From: an uncultured delta proteobacterium
GTDB taxonomy: Bacteria > Desulfobacterota > Binatia > HRBIN30 > BPIQ01
Direction: 5' to 3'
Assembly (NCBI GenBank): GCA_963761335.1
Contig: CAVXGR010000008.1
Coordinates: 10,635-74,634 of the forward strand
Length of the DNA stretch: 64,000 bases
A program made the translations under genes and the position numbers. Below are positions 63,411 through 64,000 of the stretch, piece after piece; within the stretch, counting starts at the first letter, position 1, and every line of letters starts with the position of its first letter. The notes beneath the pieces are model-generated. The model worked only from the letters and a program-made list of their open reading frames with translations, was not told the DNA's origin and did no database searches.

Positions 63411-63471
63411 CGCGGAGTGAGGCGGAGGCGGGAGTGATGCGGAGGAGTGATACGGAGGAGTGATGCGGAGG
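63411..63471. repeat. 13-nt tandem repeat
   Basis: GGAGTGAT[G/A]CGGA x3 plus a degenerate copy, ending at TTGACA 63473. Confidence 0.75.
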
Positions 63472-63517
63472 CTTGACACCCTTCGATTTCGGCGGGTATG
63501 TGCGCTCAGGCACGGGA

Positions 63518-63865
63518 ATGCAGGCGGACATGATGCAGCCGCAGGCGCACTGCGAGACCTCCGGGGAATGCGTCGTCCGGGCGGAGGCCATCCACGAACC
63601 CGAGGGATCGTACAGGCGGGCGGCCAGACCCCGGCTCCTGGACCAGGTGCGCCACGCGATCCGTGCGCGCCAGGCCCGGCTCGCCGAGCCCGTTGGACCG
63701 CACACTTTGCGACACTGTTTCGCTACCCACCTGCTCGAAGCCGGCTACGACATCCGTACGGTCCAAGAGCTGCTGGGCCATTGCGACGTCAAGACGACGA
63801 TGATCTACACACACGTTCTGAACCGAGGCGGCCGCGGCGTCGTCAGCCCGGCGGATAGACTATGA
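63518..63865 (+). pseudogene. intI: Integron integrase with large in-frame internal deletion
   Basis: [14 protein letters not shown] fused to [54 protein letters not shown]. Confidence 0.85.
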
Positions 63866-64000
63866 CTGGCGGGGGGTCGCTTAATTGGTTGACCCGCCGC
63901 CGCCGGCGGCTCAACCAAGAAGGGACGATGATGAACGATCGGCGCATACTCCTGAACGGGCACGGGAACCAAGCGGCGAGCCAAACTCGAGCGGATCCGT

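Noticed and set aside
63928..64000. ORF starting at the right edge after a hairpin
   Set aside because: Only about 24 codons are visible, too few to call

Overview
High-GC bacterial chromosomal window. Gene content and secreted PT-linker/dockerin-like proteins suggest a Deltaproteobacteria-like lineage such as Ca. Binatia (inference). The core block runs prmA-rsmE-gshB, cvpA-dnaG-tRNA(CAT)-zinc-ribbon-rnpB and a dcw cluster (mraZ to ftsZ); rpoD, rsmH, murE and ddl are not at their usual positions. An ilvBN pair has a clear Val/Leu leader-peptide attenuator. The best novel-system candidate is an island at about 42.96-52.1 kb. It truncates a resident gene and contains an 11-bp TGTAAG direct repeat, a 1164-aa Cys-rich/dockerin-like/Ig secreted protein, an uncalled 59-aa gene, a MalT-like NTPase-wHTH-BTAD regulator and a membrane-anchored protein of nine 8-Cys repeats. 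Also notable: a Tat-exported GMC-oxidoreductase small subunit carrying a dockerin-like module and a CxxCH motif, an internally deleted integron integrase, and several intergenic repeat families (one brackets rnpB, another brackets an exported acetolactate decarboxylase). Three single-base frameshifts in the last 5 kb may be assembly errors. All calls rest on motif recognition by eye; no searches were run.
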